A stretch of DNA of 64,000 bases from Candidatus Poribacteria bacterium (GTDB lineage: Bacteria > Poribacteria > WGA-4E > WGA-3G), in contig OZ240248.1 in the NCBI GenBank assembly GCA_965198235.1, positions 4,480,001 through 4,544,000 on the forward strand. Reading direction: 5' to 3'. The position numbers and the translations under genes are program-made. The notes under the pieces are model-generated. The model saw only the letters and a program-made list of their open reading frames with translations, was not told the DNA's origin and made no database searches. Shown piece after piece: positions 20,365 to 31,193 of the stretch. Numbering within the stretch: the stretch's first letter is position 1; each line of letters starts with the position of its first letter.

Positions 20365-21126
20365 TCATGATGAATTCGTGTCTATTGCTGGCTTCTCATC
20401 CTGCTCTTTTCCACGAATCTCCTGTTCTCGCTTGCTGACAACAACATTTACTTCTTGTAAAATTTCTTGTTGAACTTCCTTTGGAAGTTGCTCTATCCGG
20501 CTCTCCAGAGAAGCGGTACTCTGACCAAGGCGATGCTCAGATAGTGGTTCCGTGAGGATTATTGGTTTTCGTGAGCCAGTGGTAATACGGTGTAAGTCCT
20601 CTTGAATCTTCTTAACAGTTTTGGATATCTCATAAAGTGGGGGACTGCCAATCTGTGAGAAACCTACACCTTCGGCAAAATCAAGGGGAAAAGTGCGTTC
20701 ATGCTTGCGGCGTGTGGAATCTTCATATGTAACAGTAATCCTAAGTCGCGTTTGTTTTAATTCATCAAACTTGCCTACTACACTCACCAAAAACTGTTCA
20801 ATCCTCCGTCCAGATTCAAAATAGCCAATTCCGCTGTTAAAAAAACCTATTTTCTCAAATGGTATGTCAAGATTAGGAACAGAAGGGGGATCTGTTGTGA
20901 ACTTCACATCATGAGCTGCTCCAGTCCCCACATTCTCTATGCATAGCATTACAAGATTAACAGATATTTCGTGGGGCTGGAGGGAAATTGCGATTTCAGG
21001 TGTATCAGCGGCTTTTAGTAGGCGCAGCGTTAGATAGGCGTAATACCCTGTGATACCTACGAGCACAACAGTAGCAACCCCTATTATCGCACCATTGTTT
21101 GCATTTAGCCAATTTATGATTTCCAT
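20365..21126 (-). CDS. hypothetical protein with N-terminal TM helix
   Basis: hydrophobic N-terminus, ENVGTGAAHDV beta-sandwich-like motif. Confidence 0.65.
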   Translation of the reverse strand: MEIINWLNANNGAIIGVATVVLVGITGYYAYLTLRLLKAADTPEIAISLQPHEISVNLVMLCIENVGTGAAHDVKFTTDPPSVPNLDIPFEKIGFFNSGIGYFESGRRIEQFLVSVVGKFDELKQTRLRITVTYEDSTRRKHERTFPLDFAEGVGFSQIGSPPLYEISKTVKKIQEDLHRITTGSRKPIILTEPLSEHRLGQSTASLESRIEQLPKEVQQEILQEVNVVVSKREQEIRGKEQDEKPAIDTNSS

Positions 21127-21274
21127 GAACTACCCCTTTCGTCCCACTGGGACCACGAATAGACCAATCCCAATAAAATGATATTGTGGAACACCCGCAA
21201 ACTTCCCAAACCATGTGTCACCATAACCATTTTTAAAATGATAGCGCATTTGACAACAAAGGGAATGGAAGGAA

Positions 21275-21437
21275 CGCGTTTCTATAAACATATCACCCCT
21301 ATGGGGAAACCAAAGGAGCGAAAATGCAATAAAATAACAGCTTATGGCAAGATGATGGGGAAAATCCGGTGCGGTTAGGAAACCGCATCTACTGGGTTCT
21401 GGTGCTTTGGTTACGGCACACGGAGTGTGCCTACTAC
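21275..21437. repeat. cluster of REP-like palindromes
   Basis: GTGCGGTTAGGAAACCGCAT (related to 14735-14790, 10366-10392, 15216-15242) and GGCACACGGAGTGTGCC. Confidence 0.6.
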
Positions 21438-21439
21438 TT

Positions 21440-21790
21440 TTACTCTTTTTCGCCCCACGATGGCTTCCTGCCGGTCAATTCTTCGAGATAACGGGCGGTT
21501 CGGTTTACCTCCGCCTTGAGTTTCCTACTTGACTTCTGTTTCGCAGAATCTTCAGCCGCGTATGTCACTCGGTAAGTGCCTTTTTTTGTCTGCAACAGGG
21601 TAAATTCACCTGGGATATTCCTGTTCACATACCGAAGCATGTCATGTAGTAGCCAATACACATCGGTGGACGAATATCGCAGTGGGTCCCGGTTAGACTT
21701 TTCGCTAACGCGGTCTAACGTCTGTTTTACAAAGTCTATAACCTCGGGAAGCGTATAGACTTTATCCTCTGTTATCTGAATATCCTTCAT
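21440..21790 (-). CDS. hypothetical protein
   Basis: 116-aa ORF starting 6 nt after the XdhC stop. Confidence 0.55.
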   Translation of the reverse strand: MKDIQITEDKVYTLPEVIDFVKQTLDRVSEKSNRDPLRYSSTDVYWLLHDMLRYVNRNIPGEFTLLQTKKGTYRVTYAAEDSAKQKSSRKLKAEVNRTARYLEELTGRKPSWGEKE

Positions 21791-21796
21791 CTTTTA

Positions 21797-22903
21797 TCAC
21801 CCCGCTATTTTAACGGTGGGCATTCGCGCCGGCTGTGCGTCAAAGGTGTCAACAGTGTCAGTAGTGTTTCGGATCTGGATGAGCTGCGATATGATGCTGA
21901 CTGCGATCTCCGGTACTGTTTTCGAGTTAATATCGAGTCCGATGGGTGCGTAAACTCGCTGAAGTTTCTCCTTGGAAATCCCTGCCTCCAGCAAATCGTC
22001 AAATATCAGTTTAATCTTGCGGCGACTGCCGATTAAGCCGATGTAACGGGCATCCGATTCAACAACACTGTGGAGTGCCGATTCATCGTGTTGATGACCA
22101 CGGGTGACAATCACAACATACGTCAGCGGGGTGATCGGATATTTTCGGAGTTCCGTTTCGATATCGCCGATGATAATTTTGTCCGCCTCCGGCAACCGCT
22201 CAGCGGAAGCAAAGTCGGCGCGGTCGTCGACAATAACAATGTCAAAGTCCAACCAACTCCCAAGATGACAGAGTGCCTGACCGACATGTCCTGCCCCTGC
22301 GATAAGCAACGTTGGTCTCGGTTGTAGCGGCTCTAAGAAGACCGAAGCCGTTTCGTTCTCCTGAAACAAGCCAGCACTGTTACGCTCAAGCACCTTCGCA
22401 GTCTCTTCTTCCACCGCCGCTTCCAAAGCCGGATCGCCTAACGTGCCGATATGTTCACCCGTGTTAGCAAAGATCATCTTCATGCCAACATCAACACCCT
22501 GCTTTTCACTCGCTACAACCGTTGCACAGACGAGTGGGACCTTTTCGGCGTTCAACGCCTGGAGTCTCTCAAACATCTCAGCTTCGGCAGACGTTTTCGG
22601 TAAATCGATAAAGATTTTCATATTCCCGCCGCAGATAAGCCCATCGTCCCAACCGTAATCGCTATCCAATTGAAACTCAAGCAGCCGCGGCACACCGTCT
22701 TGCATGAGTCCGATCGCCTGTCGCCGCGCTTCGGCTTCAACACAACCACCACCGAGAGTCCCAATGTTCCGCAAATCCGGGAGAATCAAAAGCTTTGAAC
22801 CGGGCTTCTGTGGAGTTGAGCCTTTCGTCTCTACAACAGTGCAGTATGCTCCGACTTGAGCAGACTCAATTAGTTCTGGAATTTTTTGGTATATTTCTCT
22901 CAT
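21797..22903 (-). CDS. XdhC/CoxI family molybdoenzyme maturation factor
   Basis: GSTPQKPG, GTLGGGCVE, GLICGG, GAGHVG, VTRGHQHD, YIGLIGSRRK, APIGLDI. Confidence 0.92.
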   Translation of the reverse strand: MREIYQKIPELIESAQVGAYCTVVETKGSTPQKPGSKLLILPDLRNIGTLGGGCVEAEARRQAIGLMQDGVPRLLEFQLDSDYGWDDGLICGGNMKIFIDLPKTSAEAEMFERLQALNAEKVPLVCATVVASEKQGVDVGMKMIFANTGEHIGTLGDPALEAAVEEETAKVLERNSAGLFQENETASVFLEPLQPRPTLLIAGAGHVGQALCHLGSWLDFDIVIVDDRADFASAERLPEADKIIIGDIETELRKYPITPLTYVVIVTRGHQHDESALHSVVESDARYIGLIGSRRKIKLIFDDLLEAGISKEKLQRVYAPIGLDINSKTVPEIAVSIISQLIQIRNTTDTVDTFDAQPARMPTVKIAG

Positions 22904-23002
22904 TTTCTTTCAATGTGTCGTCCGGAACAGGACAAAAGATATACGATTACAAAATAGGAACTCACGCTAAGAAACGGGTATTAGGCCCCATCTCCGAAAG
23001 TT

Positions 23003-23914
23003 TTACGGTGCTTGGTCTTCAGCACTCTGCCCGACTAATTTTCTAAACTGCTCGCGTTGTTGCTCGGTCAACTCAAGTGGGACAATAGAAGCGACACCAT
23101 CGTATCCGACCTGTGCCGGAACATTCAGGTAAACCGATGTTGTCCCCGCTGAAATACGTGTGCCGACACTCATCACCCGTCTTTTATCAAGAGCAATAGC
23201 CGAAACAACCTGCAAAATATGACTTACCAATGTCCATTCGCCGCCCGTGGTATACAGGCAACGCTGCGCAACGGCTTCACAGAGGCTTTCAATGTCAGCT
23301 TCGGACATCAATTGAGCGAGCGGTATACCGTTCACCCGGCAGTATTGTGGAAGTGGATACGTCTCTTGGTCACTCCCGATCGCCAGAGCCGTCACGTCTT
23401 TCACGGACACATCAACACGTTTCGCAATTTCAGAGGCTAAATACGCCGTAGCAACCCCGTTTCCAAGCCCGATAATCTGCCCTCCATCAAGCGTCTGATG
23501 TATCCATGCAGAGATGTAATTCGTAGGTGATATTGCTACCAGAATCTTGGCATCGGAGGCATACTGCTGGATTCCGGTTACAAACCTTTGAACGCGAGCG
23601 ATACCTGTCGTCTTCGAGGCTTGAGGAGACCGAAAAACAGATTGACCTACCGGTGGCAACAGCACAACCACGTCTGCGTTCGCCAACCCCTCTAACGAAT
23701 CGAAAGCGGAAATCGCGGTGTCACTTGTACTTAAAGCGTTTGCTTCTACAAGATCTCGGAGGTTTGCCGGTACGCCCTCTTTTGGATGAACAAATCTATT
23801 CTTGCTCGACACAGCATCCGACACAAAGGCAACTTCACGCGCCGCCTCCGATTGACACAAGCCCCAGGCAGTCGAGACGGCTAACTGACTGTTGCCCAAT
23901 AAAGCTACTTTCAT
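23003..23914 (-). CDS. LDH/MDH-fold protein lacking catalytic motifs
   Basis: overall MDH-like layout (ADVVV, VNGIPL, AIALDKRRV, VPAQVG..GV, LTE) but no GxGxxG, DxxR or catalytic His. Confidence 0.7.
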   Translation of the reverse strand: MKVALLGNSQLAVSTAWGLCQSEAAREVAFVSDAVSSKNRFVHPKEGVPANLRDLVEANALSTSDTAISAFDSLEGLANADVVVLLPPVGQSVFRSPQASKTTGIARVQRFVTGIQQYASDAKILVAISPTNYISAWIHQTLDGGQIIGLGNGVATAYLASEIAKRVDVSVKDVTALAIGSDQETYPLPQYCRVNGIPLAQLMSEADIESLCEAVAQRCLYTTGGEWTLVSHILQVVSAIALDKRRVMSVGTRISAGTTSVYLNVPAQVGYDGVASIVPLELTEQQREQFRKLVGQSAEDQAP

Positions 23915-24032
23915 CCATCACCCTTAAAAAAATCCATTTATGTATAGGCACGATCTACAACCGCGCTTCTTGCGAAGGGAGCGCGAGGACAAAGCACTCC
24001 TGCAACATCGATATGCGTTGGCAACCTAAAAA

Positions 24033-26837
24033 TTACACCAAAAGGGTTTCAACGATTGCCTGAAATTGTTCCTCAATATATTGACGGTGGTTGTCCATTT
24101 CTGAACCGGCTGCCAGTTTTGTAGATACCAGTTCATCGTAACGCTCAACGTATTCGAGCAAGGTATCAATCTCTTTTTCATAGCAGATTGCCGATGCAAG
24201 CACCTTCTCCTTTAACAAGAGCGGAAGTTCGGCTTCCGTAATCTGTGTTAACTCCCATCGCCACACCTTTTCGGAGATATAGTTGACAAACTGATTGAGT
24301 AGATTGCCCTCAAAATCATTGCCTTGGAGTGCTTTAACTTCTTGGATGAGTCCTAACACGTGATTGAAAAGTTCATCCGGAAATTGCTGCCGCAATTCCA
24401 TAAGCAACCTGCCAGTCGTCGATATCGGAAGCTGATTTTGCAGGAGGAACATCCGCAAATTTGGATAATCCTCAACACTCTTACTATCACCGAGCCACGT
24501 TTCGTCTATCGCAGGTAAATCACTTACATCGAAACTGAGTACCTGCTGTTTCCGAATTTCTTCAAGGTTAATGGCACGCGGATCAATACCGGCTGTCACT
24601 AAAGTGGCGATAACTTCTTCTTGTCGGTAGGGTCTGAGGAAAGCCATGAGTTTCTCAACTTTTTGCTGTTCCGCCTCAATCGCCTCAGTGTTCACGGCAC
24701 CGTTACTTCGTGCTTGCCCACGCTTCCGTTTCTTCCCTTTTTGAGGGGCATTCGCGAGCCGCCCTGCCCGTTTTGCCAAAGTGTCATGATAACCCAGCAA
24801 TTCCTCGTAAAGCGTTGCAAGTAGGGTATCCCCATGGATAGCAAGCATCGCCGCCGTTGTAACATTTGCCAATTCGTGTCCGGTCTTTGAGAGAATCGCC
24901 CGGTTCAGGTTACGCTCTATTAATTTACGGTCCTTCTCAGCTTGGATAATAAGCGCGCTTCCCAACATGAGGTTGATTAACCTTTTGGTCTGATCAGGCA
25001 CACTGAGATTAATATCACAAGTAGGTTGAATATCAGCAAGGAGCCGCTCACGTAGCCTACCATCAAGCACCAACACCCACAAAGTTGCGTAATGCTGTTG
25101 CTCGTCCACTGCTGCAGGCATATTCTGCAACCATTGCTTTATAGTTGGTAAATGCAGTTTTACATGGTCAAGCAACTGCGAGAAAGTGTCATCAGGAATC
25201 TCAAAACCCGCAAAATTGGTAGCACTTCCTCGATACTGCGTCTGCTGACTTCGGCGCTGTGTTTGCCCTGTCTTAGCTGCTAATAGGAGATTGATTAACG
25301 GTTGAATAACGGTTTCAAAATCCCGCTTGTGTTGACCCGCGAAGTTCGCGAGCTCCAGCAATTCCAACCAGATGGTTGTCAAACGTTCGACTTGAGTCGC
25401 ATGCAAAGTCGAGCGAAGGGTTATACCTGCCATTTTCTCACGCACCGTTCCACGCGTCCATTGCGGCAAGTAAATTTCGTTTAAGAGTTCGTTGTTCTCA
25501 AAAGTTGAGATCTCAACCTGCTTGACGAGTTCGGTTTCAATAAAGTCCTGTTCAAACACCAGATCATGAAACAATCCAGCAGCTTGATCCAGCACCTGAT
25601 TCGCCAGTTTGTAGGAGGATTGAATGAGGTGATTCAGGGTTAACTGTTGATTATCCTGTAGCTGCCAAAATTCTATCATGGGGTCAATATTCTCTTTGAG
25701 CACTTCGGTTTTCGCCGCTGCGACTGATGCCTCAAAATGTTCGGTGAGATATTCCCCATAGAATTCGACGAAAGCAAGCATAGTATTCCGTAATTCACGG
25801 ATCACCAGATCGTCCCATACCTTATTATGGACACGTTGTCCAGGTCCAAGGACAAGGGCTTTCAAACGGGTTTCCACCCCCTGTTGGAATTGCGCCATGA
25901 GTTGATAGGCGTTCTGGTTGGCTTTCACCGTGTACGTTTCGATTTTCTTCGAACTCTCACTAATTGCGGTTTCAATTTCCTCAGCGGGCGCGTTGAACGC
26001 GATAGGTACTAACCGCAGCGTCTCCGGTTCAAGAGGATCGTAAACCGCCGCTGTGGCAAGCACTCGAATGGGATCAAACTCTTCTTTAATTGTCTCCGAT
26101 GTCTCTACATCTTGATCATCAAATATATTAGACAGTCGAGTATGAAGTGTTAAACCGTACCCCAAATCGATCAGGTCAGGGTACTGCTTAATATGGGTTC
26201 TGATAACCACAAAGAGCAGATTGTAGTCCCGCGCGAGTATTTGGTCAAAAAGAGCATCTTCATTGAGATGCACGCGATGAATGTGGGTTTGCTCTGGAAT
26301 GATAACAGTAGCCGGAGGCATCACCCCAGTATCAGTAGGATCAATATTTGCGAGCACATACCCACCAGTTTTGATGGTACTGGGTATTGTCAAGCGTGCT
26401 TTCAAAACATCCTGAGTGAGTTCGGAAAGCGTTAGGGATTTTCCCAAGTTTTGAATAGCGATGTCCGAGACGATGCCATCGGCGAAATCTGTGATTTGGC
26501 GCGCATTCCGCTCCAATTCTTGTATGCTTCTGTGAACACGGTCATAGTCGTCCTGTGTCTCGGCTGTGACCTTCGCCTCGTCGATCCAGGAAGCCCATGC
26601 CCCTGGACGTGGACGCATCTTCACTGTAAGTTCGCCATCTTCTGAGTCAAAACCGGGTAGAATGTCGCCCTCTGAACTTTCTTTTGGTGTCCAAACGATC
26701 AGATGTTTATCCGACTTCACACCAAGTCCCAAGCCAAAGGTATCTCCCCAACTCATCCGTCCCTCAATACTGGATTTGATTTTATCAGTCAACGCGAGAA
26801 GCGTTTCCGAACGAAAATTAAGCGATAATCCTTGCAT
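24033..26837 (-). CDS. large hypothetical protein (934 aa, largely helical)
   Basis: long uninterrupted ORF; no recognisable motif. Confidence 0.7.
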   Translation of the reverse strand: MQGLSLNFRSETLLALTDKIKSSIEGRMSWGDTFGLGLGVKSDKHLIVWTPKESSEGDILPGFDSEDGELTVKMRPRPGAWASWIDEAKVTAETQDDYDRVHRSIQELERNARQITDFADGIVSDIAIQNLGKSLTLSELTQDVLKARLTIPSTIKTGGYVLANIDPTDTGVMPPATVIIPEQTHIHRVHLNEDALFDQILARDYNLLFVVIRTHIKQYPDLIDLGYGLTLHTRLSNIFDDQDVETSETIKEEFDPIRVLATAAVYDPLEPETLRLVPIAFNAPAEEIETAISESSKKIETYTVKANQNAYQLMAQFQQGVETRLKALVLGPGQRVHNKVWDDLVIRELRNTMLAFVEFYGEYLTEHFEASVAAAKTEVLKENIDPMIEFWQLQDNQQLTLNHLIQSSYKLANQVLDQAAGLFHDLVFEQDFIETELVKQVEISTFENNELLNEIYLPQWTRGTVREKMAGITLRSTLHATQVERLTTIWLELLELANFAGQHKRDFETVIQPLINLLLAAKTGQTQRRSQQTQYRGSATNFAGFEIPDDTFSQLLDHVKLHLPTIKQWLQNMPAAVDEQQHYATLWVLVLDGRLRERLLADIQPTCDINLSVPDQTKRLINLMLGSALIIQAEKDRKLIERNLNRAILSKTGHELANVTTAAMLAIHGDTLLATLYEELLGYHDTLAKRAGRLANAPQKGKKRKRGQARSNGAVNTEAIEAEQQKVEKLMAFLRPYRQEEVIATLVTAGIDPRAINLEEIRKQQVLSFDVSDLPAIDETWLGDSKSVEDYPNLRMFLLQNQLPISTTGRLLMELRQQFPDELFNHVLGLIQEVKALQGNDFEGNLLNQFVNYISEKVWRWELTQITEAELPLLLKEKVLASAICYEKEIDTLLEYVERYDELVSTKLAAGSEMDNHRQYIEEQFQAIVETLLV

Positions 26838-26870
26838 TAGGTCGATTCGATTGTACGCCTTTCAAATAAA

Positions 26871-27425
26871 TTAGTGAATTTCGAGTCCCCATGCGTCCCA
26901 GCCTTGGTACTGCTTTCGTGCGAACAGTTCAATCTTACACTGCTGTGGAAACATTTTCTCAATCCGTTCACGCACGGCATCGGGTTTTTCAGAGTGGCGT
27001 GTCCGTTTAACCTGAACGAGTTGCCTCATATTTCTTGCCCCTCGCGGCTGCGGAATTTTACCACGTCTGAAAACAAGGCATAACTCACATTGACTCATCG
27101 TGTAGAAACCGGGGTTCGGGCGTTGTTTATCCCAGACAAAAGCGACTGTTGCCCACCGAAATCCCCACGCCTTGCCAAGCTGAATCGCCTGATCGAGATG
27201 TGGAGAAGAGCTCCACATAAAAAGCAGACAATTCTCTTCGCTAATTGAGGCAACATCCCATATTTTCATTTCTGAGACCGGGACAGTCGGATAATGTCGA
27301 ATCGCGCCGCCACTCTCCTTGCCACCACTACCTGTGTGTTGGAGCTGTCCCCTGTAATCCCACGGCGGATCGGCGTATATGATGCTGTACTTTTTATTCG
27401 GGAAGGGAGCGTATGATGCCATCAA
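26871..27425 (-). CDS. MT-A70 family N6-adenine methyltransferase
   Basis: IIYADPPW, LFMW, WGF....FVW.K, HSEKP, IELFAR..GW..WG. Confidence 0.9.
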   Translation of the reverse strand: MMASYAPFPNKKYSIIYADPPWDYRGQLQHTGSGGKESGGAIRHYPTVPVSEMKIWDVASISEENCLLFMWSSSPHLDQAIQLGKAWGFRWATVAFVWDKQRPNPGFYTMSQCELCLVFRRGKIPQPRGARNMRQLVQVKRTRHSEKPDAVRERIEKMFPQQCKIELFARKQYQGWDAWGLEIH

Positions 27426-27443
27426 TTATCTCGACCGGTCCAC

Positions 27444-27992
27444 CTATTTTGCTTCAACACTAAGCCCTTCTTGCGAGATGTCGTTGTTTGCGACGAGCAT
27501 GTCCCGATCAAAGATGAAGTCACTGCGGGAACTTCCAAGACTTTCTCCCTCTTTTTGACGTTCACGGAAGTATTGAGGGAGCGTTAACCCTGTCATCCGG
27601 ATAGCATCTTCAGGGCAAGCCTCGATGCAATAACCACAAAATATGCAACGGAGCATATTGATTTCAAAGACATCAGGGTATTTTTCGCGCTGATAGCCTT
27701 CCTTGGTTTGCCAACCGTCCGGGGCAGGTGCCGCCTGAATTGTGATGCAATCCGCAGGACAAGCAGTCGCGCACAAAAAACATGCTACGCACTTAATCTC
27801 GTCTTTTTCTGTCACCGTCAGTTTGTGAATGCCACGGTACCTATCGTTCCGTTCATCCACACTCCGAGGATCTTCAGGGTACTGATATGTCAACTTCTTT
27901 TTCGGAATATGTTTCAGGGTAGTAAACATCCCCTTAATCAACGCAGGGATATAGAGCCTATCCCAAAAAGACATTTCTTCGTTAACTTTCAT
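27444..27992 (-). CDS. nuoI: NADH-quinone oxidoreductase subunit I
   Basis: TYQYPE, YRG.H, CVACFLCATACP, CIFCGYCIEACP. Confidence 0.88.
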   Translation of the reverse strand: MKVNEEMSFWDRLYIPALIKGMFTTLKHIPKKKLTYQYPEDPRSVDERNDRYRGIHKLTVTEKDEIKCVACFLCATACPADCITIQAAPAPDGWQTKEGYQREKYPDVFEINMLRCIFCGYCIEACPEDAIRMTGLTLPQYFRERQKEGESLGSSRSDFIFDRDMLVANNDISQEGLSVEAK

Positions 27993-28133
27993 TTTTCTAC
28001 TTATGGCCTCCTGGACTGCCCTCCCCTACAAACATTGCTTCGCAGTGAGAACCCTACGGGGTTCAAGAAGGAATTCTTTTTAAGCACCCCAGCGGGGGGC
28101 AATGTCTATGGGGAAAAGGTGTCCCAATAATAG

Positions 28134-29633
28134 TTATGGAGAAAGATTCGCTCCTGTGTAGTTCGGTGCTTCCTCAGTAATATCGATATCGTGGGGATGG
28201 CTTTCTCGATAGCCACTGCTTGACATCCGTACAAATTGGCAATCCCTACGTAACGCCTCAATGTCCGAAGCCCCGCAATAGCCCATTGCCGAGCGGATGC
28301 CACCGACCAATTGATAAACAAAACTGCTGAGTTTCCCTTTATGTGGCACACGTCCCTCAATCCCACGCGGGACAAGTTTGGAAATATCTTCACTATTCTC
28401 CTCTGAAAGTTGGGCATTTCGTTTCCGTAATGCCCCTAATGACCCCATTCCGCGGTGAATCTTATATGTTCTCCCTTGATAGATGACAGTATCCCCGGGA
28501 CTCTCGTCCGTCCCAGCAAGTAAACTACCAATCATCACAGAATTCGCACCTGCACCAATGGCTTTCGCAATGTCCCCAGAATAGCGAATACCACCATCAG
28601 CAATAATCGGCACACCTGATTTATCGGCTTCCTGGGCACAATCGTAAATTGCTGTAATTTGCGGAATACTCACGCCTGCTACTATACGAGTTGTGCAGAT
28701 AGAGCCGGGACCAACACCGACCTTTACTGCATCCGCACCTGCATCAATGAGGCTTCGCGTCCCTTCAGGTGTAACAACATTCCCAGCGACAAGTTCAATA
28801 TCTGAGAAATGAGACTTAATGTACTCTGCCGATCGGATCACGTTTTTGGAATGTCCATGTGCTGTATCCAATACGAGCACATCTACACCAGCCTCCACTA
28901 ACCGGTCAACGTTCTCCAAGGGTGTTGAAGGCAGAACAGCGGCACCAACGCGTAAACGTCCAGCACCATCCTTACACGCTTGCGGAAACATCTGGACTTT
29001 GTCAATATCTTTGATAGTAATTAGTCCACAGAGTCGAAAATCGTCATCCACAATCGGCAGTTTTTCTTTCCGAGATCTGTGGAGTACCGCTTTGGCTTTA
29101 TCAAGTGTAATTCCGGGGGACGCGGTAATCAATTTCTCACCCGGTGTCATTCGGGCGGTTACAGGGAGTTCCAGATTGTCTTCGTACTTGAGATCTCGGT
29201 TAGTAATCAAACCAACGAGGTAACCATCCTCTGTTACGATAGGGACACCACCGATGCGGTAACGTGCTGTTACGTCTAAAGCATCGCGAATCGTTTTATC
29301 CTGCGTCAGTGTAATCGGTGCGGTAATCATACCGCTTTCCGATCGTTTCACCCGATCGACTTCAGATACCTGCTCATCAATAGTGCAGTTATAGTGAATT
29401 ATTCCGATGCCTCCCTCCCGTGCGATTGCAATAGCAAGAGTCGATTCCGTGACAGTATCCATAGGGGCACTACAGATAGGAATGTTTAGCCGGAGATTAC
29501 GTGTCAGTTGTGTACCCGTATCTACGTGATCCGGTAGCACATCCGATTCAGCCGGAATCAGCAAAACATCGTCGAAAGTTAACCCTTCTTTTGCAAATTT
29601 CGGGGGGAAGACATCGGAAATTTTGGTCTTCAT
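28134..29633 (-). CDS. guaB: IMP dehydrogenase family protein with CBS domains (atypical flap)
   Basis: [37 protein letters not shown]; start placed after the AAGGAG RBS. Confidence 0.85.
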   Translation of the reverse strand: MKTKISDVFPPKFAKEGLTFDDVLLIPAESDVLPDHVDTGTQLTRNLRLNIPICSAPMDTVTESTLAIAIAREGGIGIIHYNCTIDEQVSEVDRVKRSESGMITAPITLTQDKTIRDALDVTARYRIGGVPIVTEDGYLVGLITNRDLKYEDNLELPVTARMTPGEKLITASPGITLDKAKAVLHRSRKEKLPIVDDDFRLCGLITIKDIDKVQMFPQACKDGAGRLRVGAAVLPSTPLENVDRLVEAGVDVLVLDTAHGHSKNVIRSAEYIKSHFSDIELVAGNVVTPEGTRSLIDAGADAVKVGVGPGSICTTRIVAGVSIPQITAIYDCAQEADKSGVPIIADGGIRYSGDIAKAIGAGANSVMIGSLLAGTDESPGDTVIYQGRTYKIHRGMGSLGALRKRNAQLSEENSEDISKLVPRGIEGRVPHKGKLSSFVYQLVGGIRSAMGYCGASDIEALRRDCQFVRMSSSGYRESHPHDIDITEEAPNYTGANLSP

Positions 29634-29761
29634 CGGAATCATCTCCTTCATTGCGGTTGAGATGGACAGAATAGGTTCAGGAACGATGCCGAGTAACATC
29701 GCTTGCGGGATCCCATATTGCACGTTTACCTGAAAAAAGCACTATTCTCCAATTCCCACAT

Positions 29762-29790
29762 ATCATAGCATATTTTCTCTCTTGTGTCAA
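29762..29790 (-). promoter_or_regulatory. sigma70 promoter for guaB
   Basis: TTGACA-17bp-TATGAT with extended -10 TG. Confidence 0.65.
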
Positions 29791-30148
29791 AATATTTGTC
29801 GTGCCAATACGAAGAGGGTTCCGATTCCCTTCCAGACCGGCACCTACCAAACGGACTTATAGAATGAAGCCAATATTTCTTCATCATTAATTATATCGGA
29901 AAATGGAAAATATATCAACCAATTTTTTCCAGATCCATTTAGCTTCCGGTTTTCTGTCAATTGTATCGGATAGGCCTCGACATGGAGATCGTTCCTACAG
30001 AAGAACTGAACGTGTCTGCAATTTTCCACCTCAAAAATCTATACCCGTGATATAATACCTTCAACTACCCGTGTGCGTTTGGGTTGTATCAGTATGTGTT
30101 TGATAAGCTACACTCGCCAACGCCTACGGGACTTAAAGGAGCCGTAAA

Positions 30149-31192
30149 ATGGATAATTTAAACGTTGGAATTGTCGGGCTCGGTTGGGTAGCCGGTGCTC
30201 ACATCGAAGCCTTCAAAGCTATTACAGGTTCGGATGTCACTGCCATCTGTTCACGTCGAGAACACGATGAATCTGTATTGGCAGAAACATACGGGACACC
30301 TCTCAAAGCTTATACCGATTTTGACAAAATGCTTGCGGATCCGGATGTCCACATCATCGATATTTGTACGCCACATCCCTTTCATGCCGAACAAGCCATC
30401 GCTGCTGCCCAAGCGGGAAAACATCTCATCATAGAAAAACCGATCTGCCTTACATACGAGGATGCGAAAGCTATCCGTGCTGCTGTCAAAAGCACAGGCG
30501 TTAACGTCTGTGTATGCTTTGAATGCCGATACAGCGCACACTTTACGATGATCCGCTCCGTAATCGACAACGGATTACTCGGGGAACTCCACTACGCCGA
30601 AGTCGATTATTACCACGGCATCGGACCCTGGTACGGACAATACGAATGGAACATCAAAAAAGACTTCGGTGGTAGCACCCTACTCACTGCTGGGTGCCAT
30701 GCGCTCGATGCCCTCCTCTTTTTTATGGATGGAAACGTTGAAGAGGTAACGAGTTACCACACACAATCCACAGGCGCGTATTTTCAACCCTACGAATATA
30801 AAACAACGAGCGTCAGTCTCCTTAAGTTTGAAGGTGGCGGAAAAATAGGGAAAGTCACCTCCTGTGTCGATTGCTTACAGCCTTATTACTTCCATATTCA
30901 CCTTGTCGGCAGCGAGGGAAGTCTGCTCGACAACCGCATCTATTCCGCGAAACTTCACGGTATGGATAAGAGCAAATGGAGTACGCTTGAGACCTCGCTC
31001 ATTGATTCTGGTGATGTCAGCGACCATCCGTATGAACCGCAATTCCAAGCGTTCATAGACAGCGTCAGACAAAATGAACCGATGCCGCTGACCGATTTTG
31101 ACACGGCATTTGAAACACATCGCGTCGTCTTTGCTTCCGACATGTCGGCAGAAGCAAGCGGTAGAACCGTTAAACTGTCCGAACTCGATTAA
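30149..31192 (+). CDS. Gfo/Idh/MocA family oxidoreductase
   Basis: [28 protein letters not shown]. Confidence 0.9.
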   Translation: MDNLNVGIVGLGWVAGAHIEAFKAITGSDVTAICSRREHDESVLAETYGTPLKAYTDFDKMLADPDVHIIDICTPHPFHAEQAIAAAQAGKHLIIEKPICLTYEDAKAIRAAVKSTGVNVCVCFECRYSAHFTMIRSVIDNGLLGELHYAEVDYYHGIGPWYGQYEWNIKKDFGGSTLLTAGCHALDALLFFMDGNVEEVTSYHTQSTGAYFQPYEYKTTSVSLLKFEGGGKIGKVTSCVDCLQPYYFHIHLVGSEGSLLDNRIYSAKLHGMDKSKWSTLETSLIDSGDVSDHPYEPQFQAFIDSVRQNEPMPLTDFDTAFETHRVVFASDMSAEASGRTVKLSELD

Positions 31193-31193
31193 A

